NCBI GenBank assembly: GCA_002269645.1 | Contig: NIVC01003418.1 | Location: 1 to 64,000, forward strand | From: Macrostomum lignano | Lineage: Eukaryota | DNA length: 64,000 nucleotides | Direction: 5' to 3' | In this document: one piece after another, positions 1-11,461 of the stretch | How positions within the stretch are numbered: position 1 is the first letter of the stretch | Layout of the letters: the number at the start of each line of letters is the position of its first letter | Made by a program: the position numbers and the translations under genes | Notes under the pieces: model-generated | What the model was told of the DNA's origin: nothing | Database searches by the model: none | What the model saw: only the letters and a program-made list of their open reading frames with translations

Positions 1-882
1 CCATTCCATATAATTATAGTCATAACATGACAGACTATTTTTACTTATAAAATGAAATCTAATAATAGAATATACTAAACCAATATTTTGAATAAAATAT
101 TATTTTGTCAAGAATATGTTTATAAAGTTTCATATAGATATCATCATTAGTATAGATGCTATTAAACCTTGAATGGCACTTATGGTCGTAACAACAGGAT
201 TTTTGACAATATAGAAACTAAAAGGTAAAAGTCTTATAACATTTTTCATTTTTGATATTTTGCAATAATTTTTTTTAATTTGACTAAGAACATCTTTAGA
301 AGTCATACTCTTTTATTAAAATATATAATCTCAAAAAGGCAACAAAGATACAAAAGAAAAGGCAGCCTTATGGTTATAACATATTTTTTTCTGTCAATTC
401 AGTAACTTTGAGGTACTATTATATTAAAAATATAATAGATTATGTGGTTGCTAATGTTTTTATCTGATGATGCAAGTACTATAATTTTATATATAGTTTT
501 TTTAACCTTCTAAAGCTTTCTATTTGTTTTTAAAAGGTACATAAACTTAATGATATCTTTTGCTTAGAAAATGTCCAATTTTTTACAAAAATAACTTTTT
601 GCCAATTGATAACATACTAATCCAACATTTTATCTTTTTTTTCTTAGATTGTATACATTACATATAAAAAAGATTTGGTAAAAAAATGGCTGATAAGGCA
701 ATGACAAGCAAAAATATTGACTTCTATTTTCCAAATATGTCCATCTTATATGGAATGGGCCTAAGAAAACAATTAGCAACTTTCTCCAAGCATAATACTT
801 CATATGCATTCCTTGGCTCAATACCCCAATATAATAAAGCTTTTTCTTACTGTCTTCAGCATTTACTTGCAGCCTCAGCACC

Positions 883-1278
883 ATGGCTAGGCCTGGAAAG
901 CAGCGGCAATGCTCTCTAGCACTCATATTGTGCACTGCAGTCTATTTAGCAGTCAGTCTGCTTGCCAAATTCGCTGACCTGCCACCCACAGTACTCGCTA
1001 CTATACTGATTGGCTACTTTTTCGTCATAACACAAATTACATTCCTTCTTACTGCCATTGACAGATGTCGAGCCAGAAATGGTGGATGGCGAGTCAGCAA
1101 ACATGTCCTGTTTGTCTGTTCCTTCTACGGAGGTGCTCTCGGGCTGATTCTAGCAATGAAATTATGTTGTCACAAGACCTCAAATGAAAAAAGATTTTAT
1201 AATCGTTCGCTAGTTTTTGTGCCACTCAATGCTATGTGGGTGCTTGTAATACAGCATTACATAATAGAAATTTATTAA
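883..1278 (+). CDS. DUF1294 (YsdA-like) small membrane protein, copy 1
   Basis: Intronless 131-aa ORF, start context gcaccATGG. DUF1294-type motifs: FLLTAIDRCRARNGGWRVSKHVL, FYGGALGLILAM, CHKTSNEKRF, plus hydrophobic helices. Confidence 0.8.
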   Translation: MARPGKQRQCSLALILCTAVYLAVSLLAKFADLPPTVLATILIGYFFVITQITFLLTAIDRCRARNGGWRVSKHVLFVCSFYGGALGLILAMKLCCHKTSNEKRFYNRSLVFVPLNAMWVLVIQHYIIEIY

Positions 1279-1330
1279 GGTTATGACACAGAGTAAATTA
1301 AAGTTTAAAATACTTTTTTATATGCATCTT

Positions 1331-1583
1331 CCCGCTGGGAAAAAATTGCAGCGACGACAGGTTGATGACAACAAGTTGACGACAAGTCACCCTGTCGTCG
1401 CCGTGGCAGTCGACCAATCGGAGGCCGATAGAAAGCTGACAGCGAAGCGCATTTGGAAGCGCGCATTTACTTGAAAAAAATCATACTTATTTTCGTAAAT
1501 CGATAGTAAATCGACAGGGCTGTCGTCTCTAGCCTGTCGTCGCCTGTCGTAACCGTGTCAGTGCTGCAATTTTTCCCAGCGGG
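1331..1583. mobile_element. MITE-like non-autonomous DNA transposon
   Basis: TIRs cccgctgggaaaaaattgcagc (1331) and gctgcaatttttcccagcggg (ending 1583); TT on both sides (possible 2-bp TSD); internal gacgac/gtcgtc repeats. Confidence 0.7.
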
Positions 1584-1914
1584 TTGTTGTTTGTATCAGC
1601 CTTTATTGAATAAAAAGCTGTTGAAACCCGCGGATTTTGAACGCGGGGAATTCCAATCCCCAGAACTATTTTTGCATGTATTCTGAAATCTGAGTCCATA
1701 CTCAAAAAAAGTTGTTAATAGTTGGTAGGATAGAGGTAAACATAAAATGGAGTACATTCGTGTAAAATTAGGATTTGAAGCAAACATTTGATATTGTTGG
1801 CTGGGGCCTGGGATGCTGCGCAGAATGTCGGGCAATGTCTGTCTGACTCTTAAAGCATGCATTGGCAAACTCTGGCCTCTGCCTCTGACTCTCCCTACGT
1901 CCTTTGGATTCTTT

Positions 1915-2467
1915 GAAACTTATATCTTCTCTTCTATTTCCTCTCTTATCTCTTGTCTCTCGTCCCTCGTCTCTCGTCTCTCTTCTCATCTCTTCCTTTT
2001 TCTTTTCTCCTCTCTCCTTACTCCCCTCTTCTCTCGTATCCTCCCTCATCTCTCTTCTTTCATCTCTCCTATCTCATCTCTTCTCTCTACTTTTCTTTCT
2101 CCATTCCTCTCCTCTCTCCTCTCTTCTCTCCCGTCTGCTCTCTCATCTCTCTTTTCTCCTCTTTTATCTCTTCTCATTTCTCTTTGCTCTCTACTCTCTT
2201 CTCTCTCCCTCTTTTCATTCCTCACTCTCCCTCTCTCAACACTTTCCTCTTCTCTCCTCTCAACTCTCTCCTATGTACCCGTACCCTCTTATCTCAACTC
2301 TTTCCTCGTTTTCTCTCTGTCCTCTCATCTCTTCTCTTCTTTCCTCTCTCCTCTCTCCCCTCTTCTCTCGTCTCTTCCCTCACCTCTCTTCTCTCTCGTC
2401 TTTGCTTTCTTATCTCTCCTTTCTCTTCTTTAATATTTTCCCTTATCTCTTCTCATTTCTCTCTGCT

Positions 2468-2511
<44 letters not shown>

Positions 2512-2560
2512 TCTCTCTCTTCTCCTCTCTACTCTCTTCCCTCTCCTTTTTTGCACTTTT
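1915..2560. repeat. CT-rich low-complexity tract with (CT)n
   Basis: Almost pure pyrimidine on the + strand; the overlapping S/L-rich ORFs are compositional artefacts. Confidence 0.95.
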
Positions 2561-2691
2561 AAGTAAGAAGACTTGAGTCTAGGAAATTTTAAGGTAGCCT
2601 AAGACATTCTCCGTAGTGAGTTTATGGTGGGTGTAAAATTTGGTTTAATTTGGTTGAGCGGTTTGGGAGTCCATAGCGATCAAATTTGTAC

Positions 2692-2692
<1 letters not shown>

Positions 2693-2760
<68 letters not shown>
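2693..2760. repeat. (CAGA)n microsatellite
   Basis: Perfect tetranucleotide run. Confidence 0.95.
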
Positions 2761-3972
2761 GTTTAGATTTTTATATGTATAGAAAAAACGACTCATTTTT
2801 TAAATCTAAAATTAGTTTGTATGATGAATTTCTGTATTCCTCTCGCTAGTATTTCTAGCCTTGCTTATATATTTGCTGACTGTTTTTTGAAAATATCTAT
2901 TTTGATGAAATTTAGCTGTCAACTTTTTACCTTTTAACAGAATTTTTTTCTTTTTTTCATTATCATAACTCAACGATATTTGAAGCATGAAAATATAAAA
3001 CTCATCTTGAAGAGAATTTTTCCATCCAAAGTAACTTTGAGCTTCACTATTCAATATTTTTGCAATGGCGCAATGGCTACTAGATATTGTTGTCATTCAA
3101 AATCTGCAGTCTTTGGTTACTGGATTTATACTTATTGTCTATCACTCTGGCGAAGTTGGCCCTGACTTGCAATTCTCCAGTCTAAGTTTCTGTATCATCA
3201 GCAGTTCAATCTGCTATTTCTAGGTTAACAGCCACATTAACACTTCCTTTCTGCAAAATTTGGCTGATTATTTATTCTCGGTGTAACCTAGAATAGATGC
3301 ACGAATTATCTCAACCTTAATTATTAAAATTTCAGTTTGTAATAAGAATTTAAAGTCCAATTAACAAACACTGTTAATGAATAGTAGACAAAAAAGTAGA
3401 CAACAATTGGCCAGTTTTTCGGGCATAACTACGAGCTACAAACTATATTAGTAACCGAAATCCTGACATTTTTACCACTAACTGTTAAATAGCAACCAGC
3501 AACTTTTTTGTTTGCTCATCTTAATTTACAGTGTATTGTAGGCTAGACGCTAATTTCATCTAGTGAACTACAAATTCCAATTCGAAATGCTAAACTACAT
3601 TTTTTCATCTAGACTACTATACTGGTTTCCTATAAAAAATGTTTTAGCAGGACGGGAAGCTATCTCATCTTCTAGGCTTCAGCATTCCAAATGAACCAAT
3701 TGTTTGTTTCGTCTGAGGTGGCACTCAAAAGTGTCTTTTCTCAACTGAATTTATCCTTAGCAAAAACCCATTTAGCGCTATACAAAATGTTCAATTTTGG
3801 CTAAATTTGTGCAGACAATAAAACTATAACCGCCAATTTTGAGTCCACCTCAAACAAAACAGATACTTACACATACTTCATTTTGTATCATTTGTTTCAC
3901 ACAAGTATTTGCGTTACTAATAAACTAACCACCCTACCTAAATTGCATGCATGCCAAGTCAGTCTACTAAGC

Positions 3973-4764
3973 ATGGCCTGCTGCCAACCCGGAACCTGCT
4001 GCCAGTGCTCCATACTCTTGATCCTGTTCACCGGAATTTTTGTCACAGTCGCTGTTTTTGCCAAGTTTGCTGGTTTGTCCCACGTTGGCCTGGCTGTTCT
4101 ACTTGGCGTCTACTTTGGCTTTCAGACACTTGTCGCATTTCTTCTGACCATGTTTGATAAATGCCAGGCAGAATCGGATGGTTGGCGTGTCACTGAACTG
4201 CTCTTGTATCTGTGCGCCTTTTACTGCGGCTTCATTGGCGTCACCGTAGCTATGATAATCTGCTGGCACAAGGTTTGCAAGCGCGAATTTGTCTTTCCCT
4301 TGTTAACTTTTGTGCCGATCAATGCTGCTTGGCTACTGATTGCTTTCTTAGTAGTTCCTATCAGTCTTCCCAGCTCTCTGTTCGTGACCAATGCTACAAA
4401 TGCTATCAATGCTACTGCTCTCCTTGACAATGCTACAAATGCTATCAATGCTACTGCTCTCCTTGACAATGCTAAAAATGCTGTTCATCATATCAATGCT
4501 ACTGCTCTCTTTGACAATGCTATCAATGCTACTGCTCTCCTTGACAATGCTACAAATGCTATCAATGCTACTGCTCTCCTTGACAATGCTACAAATGCTG
4601 TTCATCATATCAATGCTACTGCTCTCTTTGACAATGCTACAAATGCTGTTCATCATATCAATGCTACTGCTCTCTTTGACAATGCTACAAATGCTGTTCA
4701 TCATATCAATGCTACTGGTGTCCTTGGCAGCCTAGTTGCTCACATTTTCCCCACCGCCGGATAG
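3973..4764 (+). CDS. DUF1294-like membrane protein, copy 2, with long N-A-T repeat tail
   Basis: Conserved start ctactaagcATGgcctgctgc shared with copies 3 and 4. MACCQPGTCCQC N-terminus, DKCQAESDGWRVTE and CWHKVCK motifs, repetitive NATNAINATALLD tail, TAG ending at 4764. Confidence 0.8.
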   Translation: MACCQPGTCCQCSILLILFTGIFVTVAVFAKFAGLSHVGLAVLLGVYFGFQTLVAFLLTMFDKCQAESDGWRVTELLLYLCAFYCGFIGVTVAMIICWHKVCKREFVFPLLTFVPINAAWLLIAFLVVPISLPSSLFVTNATNAINATALLDNATNAINATALLDNAKNAVHHINATALFDNAINATALLDNATNAINATALLDNATNAVHHINATALFDNATNAVHHINATALFDNATNAVHHINATGVLGSLVAHIFPTAG

Positions 4765-5409
4765 AAGGAGACATTAACCTTGAACTGATAGTGCCAAATT
4801 TCATGTGTTTCAACTCGAGTTGGAAAGTTTTATTGCAGCAACTTTACAGCTGAATTTTACTATTTAATGTCAAATTATTCGATCAAGCTTACCTGTTTAC
4901 ACAATTTACTGTATGCTACTTCAACATCGACTGATCCGAATAAATCCAATAATGTTTGATGTTTTGGAAAATTTTAGTATCATTACATAACAAATCTGTT
5001 ATAAAAATGTTTTATAATTTTTTTAATTTAGGTTTTTTTTAAGCATACGGATTTTGTGCTCTCAAAAAAGCTACGTTTGAACTTAAATGTCTTTTTCTGA
5101 AGCTTTACGCAAACCCTAATTATTATACGCTTGGCTCATATCTTCTTACTCTAATCTTTAAATTCACAAACTGTTTTGAGTCTGATTTCTTTTATTTCAC
5201 ATTAATAGCCTATTAGTAATAAGCTAGCAATCTAGTGCCCCCTTCCGGGCGCCCAATAAGCAAGGAACAAAAATTATTCATGCAAATCCATTAAGAAGCA
5301 TGAATCAATTCCTTCTTCAGTTTTATAAATCACCTTATTCGAGTAAAATTGTCACGGAGAATGATATTTGCTATGAATATCTTTTTTTCTTAAAGTAACA
5401 AAGATAACA

Positions 5410-6005
5410 GGCATTCTCCCTAGCAAGCATCCTCCAGATAGCAAGCATCCCCCCAAATACAATTGCAAGCATCCCCACAAGTAGCAAGCACCCCCCCCCC
5501 CCAAATACAATAGCGAGCATCCCCCCAGATAGCAAGCACCCCCCAAAAACAATAGCGAGCATCCCCCAGATAGCAAGCACCCCCCAAAAACAATAGCGAG
5601 CATCCCCCAGATAGCAAGCACCCCCAAAAACAATAGCGAGCATCCCCCAGATAGCAAGCACCCCCCAGAAACAATAGCGAGCATCCCCCAGATAGCAAGC
5701 ATCCCCCCCAATACAATAGCAAGCACCCCTCAATACAATAGCAAGCACCCCCCAAATACAATAGCAAGCATCCCCCCAATACAATAGCAAGTATCCCCCA
5801 AATACAATAGCAAGCATCCCCCCAATACAATAGCAAGCACCCCCCAAATACAATAGCGAACATCCCCCAGATAGCAAGCATCCCCGAAATACAATAGCAA
5901 GCATCCCCCAAATACAATAGCAAGCATCCCCCAAATACAATAGCAAGCATCCCCCAGATAGCAAGCATCCCCCAAATACAATAGCAAGCATCCCCCCAGA
6001 TAGGA
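5410..6005. repeat. ATAGCAAGCATCCCCC-type minisatellite
   Basis: Degenerate tandem units atagcaagcatcccccagat/aaatacaatag; same family as 32575-33110. Confidence 0.9.
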
Positions 6006-7557
6006 AGCAAGAGTAGGTCTGTACTGAATACAAAATACCGAAATACTCTTAATATCCCGCCCATGTTTGTAACAAGCCGTAACTGTGACAAGAATCGCAA
6101 AAAACTCACGACACTAGTGACTCTAGCGACTCTGGGATAACTCTTCTCACTTGTTAGCGTCTTAAAACTACTGCAATGCGACAGAGACTAACTAGCTGTA
6201 TTTATAACAGTTAAATAGAGCTGTTATAAATGCGAAATGTGTGCGATTATTTTTCATAAAGTGACGCTGATGCGCTTTTGACGCAACTCAGTGATTCTAC
6301 AGCGACTGTGGCACACCTCAGATGAGACTCAACGGCCCCAGAGCCATTATACCTACAGAAGCGCCCCAGAGTCGCAGACAATTAAAAACCGCTTAAGTTT
6401 ACTCTTGAATTTTACCGTGACATCTTGTCCTCTTAGAGTCGCCTAGAGTCACTTATTTCCTATTCTACCTGTTTTACCTGCAACGACTCTGGGACACTTC
6501 TTGGCCTAAGTATACGCAGATGTACGAGCTATTCGGACATTCTTGGCCACTCACTGTCATCTTACAACCGGCCACTTTTTCGTCTACTTTCAGTTTACAG
6601 TGTAACTAGTTCAGACTAGACGCCAAGTGCTTTTGATTCTCTATAAAAATTTCTTAGTGAGACAGCAAGTTCTCTGCTTTGTTGTTAAACGGGATTGGAA
6701 TTCGGGGCAACCCGCGGATCAGCCCAGAGAAGGGCTCTGCCGCTGGATTTTGTAGGGGGCCCTACTACCAAGGGCTGAAGCCCGAGAGGCCCAGATTGGG
6801 ACCAGAACTCAAGGCCTGGTAAAGCCTTATTGGATGCTACTACGAGCATCGTAACCCAAGCCTATAGACTAAGACACCGCCAACCCACAGTGCCACAAGG
6901 GCATTTCACTACCCGGCTCTAATAAGCTTGGAATATCTGAGTAGCGGTCCGAGAGCGGAAAGACCCGAGTCTACGGAAAAGGCTAAGTTATTGGAGCGAG
7001 TCTGGACAGCTTATTGCGATGGGCGAGTCTCCCATCAGGTGGCCAAGAACCTCTCCTATAGGGCTGCGAGCCTCAAAGCTTTTTCAGTATCCAGCTCTAA
7101 TAAGCCCAGGCCAAGGGGTTGGTGAGGAGCACAAGGAGCAAAGGGACCACCGGACTCAGCCGGTTTTCCCCGATTCGGGACGAACTCATTCTTCAGGACA
7201 CCAATCCACTGAGAGTGATGGGAGCCGAGACACAAGAAGCATAAATTCAAAGACTGAATGGCTACAAGGCCGGGATAAAACACAAAGCTAAAAGTGTGTA
7301 TTTCGTTTAAGGTAGCACCCATAAGTGTCAGTTTTCTTAACCAAATTTGTTTATAGCAGAACTTCCATTTAGTGCTATACAAAATAGTCATTTTTGGCTA
7401 AATTTGTGCAGAAAGTAAAACTATAGCGACCAATTTTGAGTGCAGCTCAAACAAAACAGATACTTACTTCATTTTGTGTCATTTGTTTCATACCAGTACT
7501 TGCTTTACTAATAATTTGCGGCCCTACTGAAATTCCAGCAAAATCTGTCTACTAAGC

Positions 7558-8097
7558 ATGGCCTGCTGCAAACCCGGAACCTGCTGCCAGTGCTCCATAC
7601 TCTTGGCCCTGTTCACCGGAGTTTTTGTCACAGTCGCTGTTTTTGCCAAGTTCGCTGGTTTGTCCCACAATGAGCTGGCTGTTCTACTTGGCGTCTACTT
7701 TGGCTTTCAGACGCTTCTCGCATTTATCCTCACTTCCATTGATAAATGCCAGGCACAATCGGGAGGGTGGCGTGTTGCAAAAGCGGCCTTGTATCTGTGC
7801 GCATTTTACTGCGGCTTCCTTGGCGTCATCTTAGCCATGCTAATTTGCTGGCACAAGGTTAAAAAGTGCGAATTCGTCACCTGTTTGCTAATTTTTGTGC
7901 CGATCAATGCTGCTTGGCTACTGATTGCTTTCTTAGTAGTTCCGATCGGTCTTCCTGGCTCTCTGGTCATGACCAATGCTACAAATGCTACAGATGCTAT
8001 CAATGCTACTGCTCTCCTTGACAATGCTGAAAATGCTGTACATCATATCAATGCTTCTGGTGTCCTATTTGCTCACATTTTCCCCGCCGCCGGATAG
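7558..8097 (+). CDS. DUF1294-like membrane protein, copy 3
   Basis: 179-aa ORF, close paralog of copy 2 (DKCQAQSGGWRVAK, CWHKVKK) with a short NAT tail. Confidence 0.85.
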   Translation: MACCKPGTCCQCSILLALFTGVFVTVAVFAKFAGLSHNELAVLLGVYFGFQTLLAFILTSIDKCQAQSGGWRVAKAALYLCAFYCGFLGVILAMLICWHKVKKCEFVTCLLIFVPINAAWLLIAFLVVPIGLPGSLVMTNATNATDAINATALLDNAENAVHHINASGVLFAHIFPAAG

Positions 8098-8181
8098 AAA
8101 GAGACATTAACTTTGAATTGATAGTTTCAACTCGAGTTGAAAATTTTTTTGAAAAATTGAAAAAAAAATTACCATGTTTGT

Positions 8182-8341
8182 GCGCAACCTTGGGATTCAC
8201 CCGGCCGTTTCTATTGGCAACACACACATGTATGTCGCTATTGGACAGAATAGTAGTCACGTGACTGCTCTCAGCCAATAGCGACTTACATGTGTGTGTG
8301 TGTTGCCAATAGAAACGGCCGAGTGATTCCCAAGGTTGCGC
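8182..8341. mobile_element. 160-bp foldback (palindromic MITE-like) insertion
   Basis: Arms gcgcaaccttgggattcacccggccgtttctattggcaacacacacatgta and its near-perfect reverse complement around a central gtcacgtgac; absent from the matching 3' flank of copy 2. Confidence 0.8.
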
Positions 8342-9629
8342 GCGTATTTTAGTTTAACCTATTTACAAAATTTACTGTATGCTGCTTCAACATCGACTGA
8401 TCCGAATAAATCCAATAATGTTTAATGTTTTGGACGATTTTAGAATCTTTACATAACAAGTGTTTGTTACAAAATAGTTTAATTCTTTTTAAAATTTGGA
8501 TCCTATTTTAAGCATACGGATTTTGTGTTCTCAAAAAAGCTACGTTTGAACTTTAATGTCTGTTAAGATTTACGCAAACCCTAATTAATATACGCTTGGC
8601 TCGTATCTTCTGTACTCTAATATTTGAATACACAAAAATGTTTTGACTCTGATTATTTTTATTCAATATATTGATAGCCTTTTGGTAATAAGAGTAGCTC
8701 TGGACTTGGAATACAAAATTATTCATAATTTCCCGCCCATATTTTTAACAAGCCGTAACGGTGATAAAAATCACAATTCACTAGTGACTCTAGCGACTCT
8801 GGGACAACTCTTGTCACTTGGTAACGTCTCAAACGACTGCAATGCGATGGAGAGGCGACTGTTGAGGGCAACTTGAGGCACAAACGCGAAAAAGCTATCC
8901 AAGAGTCGTGAGCGCTTAACTGCACGCCTCAGATAAGACTCTACGTCTCCAGAGTCGTTATACATGCAGAAGCGCGCCAGAGTCGTTTCAGAGTCGCAGA
9001 CAATAAAACGCCTCAAGTTGACTCTCGACTTTTACTGTGACATCTGGTCCTTTTAGAGTCGTCTAGAGTCACTTCCTTCCAATTTCACCTGTGTTACCTG
9101 CAACGAGTCAACGACTCTGGGACGCTTCTTGGCCTAAGTATTCAGACGTACGCGCTATTCGGACATTCTTGGCCACTCACTGTGAACTGACAACCGGCCA
9201 CTTTTGGTCTACTTTTAATTTACAGTGTAGCTAGTTTAAACAAGACGCTAAGTTCTTTTGGTTCCCTATTAAAATGCCGTAGTAAGATGGGAATTTCTCT
9301 GCTTTTAGCACTAAATTCCCAATACGAGCGTATCTCATTTTCCAGACTTCGTAGTTCCAAATGAAGCAAAGGTGTGTGTTCCGTTTGAGGTAGCACCCAT
9401 AAATGTATCTTTCGTAATTTGTTTATAGCAAACTCAATTTAGTGCTTTATACAAAATGGTCGATTTTGGCTATAAATACATGCAGAAAATGCAACTATAA
9501 GCACAAATTCGAGTCCAACCTCAAACAAAACCAATGCTTGCTTCATTTAGTATCATTTGTTACTATATAATTTCTTTACTAATAAAGTACGGCCCTACTG
9601 AAATTCCAGTTCCAGTCAGTCTACTAAGC

Positions 9630-10142
9630 ATGGCCTGCTGCAAACCCGGAACCTGCTGCCAGTGCTCCATACTCGTGGCCCTGTTCACCGGAATTTTCGT
9701 CACAGTTGCTGTTGTTGGCAAGTTTGCTGGTTTGTCACACAATGAGCTGGCCATTCTACTTGGTGTCTACTTTGGCTTTCAGACACTTTTCACATTTATC
9801 CTCACTTTCATTGATAAATCTCAGTCGGAATCGGGAGGTTGGCGCGTTGCAGAAGCGGCCCTGTATCTGTGCGCCTTTTACTGCGGCTTCCTCGGCATCA
9901 TCTTAGCTATGATAATTTGCTGTCACAAGGTTAGAAAGGGCGAGTTTATCATCTGCTTGCTAATTTTTGTGCCGATCAATGCTGCTTGGCTACTGATTGC
10001 TTTCTTAGTAGTTCCAATCGGTCTTCCCGGCTCACTGGTCATGACGAATGCTACAAATGCTACCAATGCTACTGCTCTCATTGATAGCCTATTCGTTCAC
10101 ATTCTCCGTCCGGCCGGATGGAATGAGACAACCTTGAATTGA
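9630..10142 (+). CDS. DUF1294-like membrane protein, copy 4
   Basis: Start chosen at the conserved ctactaagcATGgcc (9630) rather than the upstream 9534. DKSQSESGGWRVAE and CCHKVRK motifs; NATNATNAT tail. Confidence 0.85.
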   Translation: MACCKPGTCCQCSILVALFTGIFVTVAVVGKFAGLSHNELAILLGVYFGFQTLFTFILTFIDKSQSESGGWRVAEAALYLCAFYCGFLGIILAMIICCHKVRKGEFIICLLIFVPINAAWLLIAFLVVPIGLPGSLVMTNATNATNATALIDSLFVHILRPAGWNETTLN

Positions 10143-11461
10143 TGATGTCAGTAGGTAACTTGGGTTAGAAAGTTTTTGAGACAATTTTACGGTGGAATCA
10201 TTCGAGCAAATTTACCTATTTAAGCGGAATATACTGTTTACCATTTCGATTTTTCACTATTCTAATCGATTTGAAAGGAATAAATTTTAAATCTTCAAGT
10301 ATTTATTCTTATGTCGTTTTTTGGTAAAGTTGAATTGATTTTGGCTCATTTTAAGCGTATGGTGTATGGTGCAAGGATAATACTTTACTTGAGCTTTTTA
10401 TCTTTAAGAAAATATATATAGTATTAAAACAATTACCGGTAATCTGTTAATCCTTGAATAGTCAAAAATGTTTTGATTCTGACTTTGTTTTGGTTTAATA
10501 AAATTGATAGCTTATCTTATTGCTAATTAAGAGTAGCTCTAGGACTTCTAGTAACAAGTCCGTTGACACGTTGAACGTTACCGTGACAAAAATCGCTAGA
10601 GTTATTTGCAAAAATTGCATTCATTGCATTGACTCTTGTGACCTTTTAACGTCTCAAACGACTGTAGTGCGACGGAGAGGCGACTGTTCAGTCACGAGCG
10701 CATCACGCGTGAGTTGTAGAATTGTAAAAGTCGCGGAAAAAGTCGCCCAATAGTCGTGTTAGCGCTTGAAGTTTTACTGCCTCAAGTAGACTAAATAGAG
10801 TTGTTATAAGTGCAAAATGAGATTCTGATTCATTAAGTGAATATGCAGTGATTCTGCAGCGACTCTACCACGCCTCAGATACGACTCTACGGTCCCAGAG
10901 TCATTATAAAAGCTCCCAGCGTCGTTTCAATAAGTCGCAAACAATAAACATCTCAAATTGATTAACAGGCCACTCTGACGACTTTTACAGTGACATCACG
11001 TCCTAGAGTAGTCTAGAGTCACTTCTTTTCCAATTTAACCTGTGTTACCTGCAGCGACTCTGGGACACTTCTTGGCCTAGGTACCGTTTCCATCGGGTAG
11101 TAAAAGACTTCAACAGTTACTAGGCACTGAATTGCTTATCAATAAAGTGTTTGAGTCCCGACTATTAGACTAGCCGGTGTGTACATGCCCCACGATCAGA
11201 AGGGACCTTTTCATTAAGACTGCAAATCCAAAACAGCGAGCTCTGTTGCTTTTATCCATTAAATTAGCCCCGTCTTGGTTTCTTTTCTACTAGCTTCACC
11301 TCTCGAGAGAAACCTCGCGGTCGGCTTGATATATTAAAGGTGTAAGGACTCCACAGTGGCTCAATATGTAGCAGTTTTCCAGTCGTTAGTTACCCAGTTT
11401 TTTTTGGCTAGATTAGTTGATTGATGCAGTATTTCTGATCTGACTCGCATGCTTCAGCATA

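Noticed and set aside
1813-2576. Long Ser/Leu-rich ORFs (likewise 62249-62813)
   Set aside because: Open in several frames only because pyrimidine or purine tracts lack stop codons.
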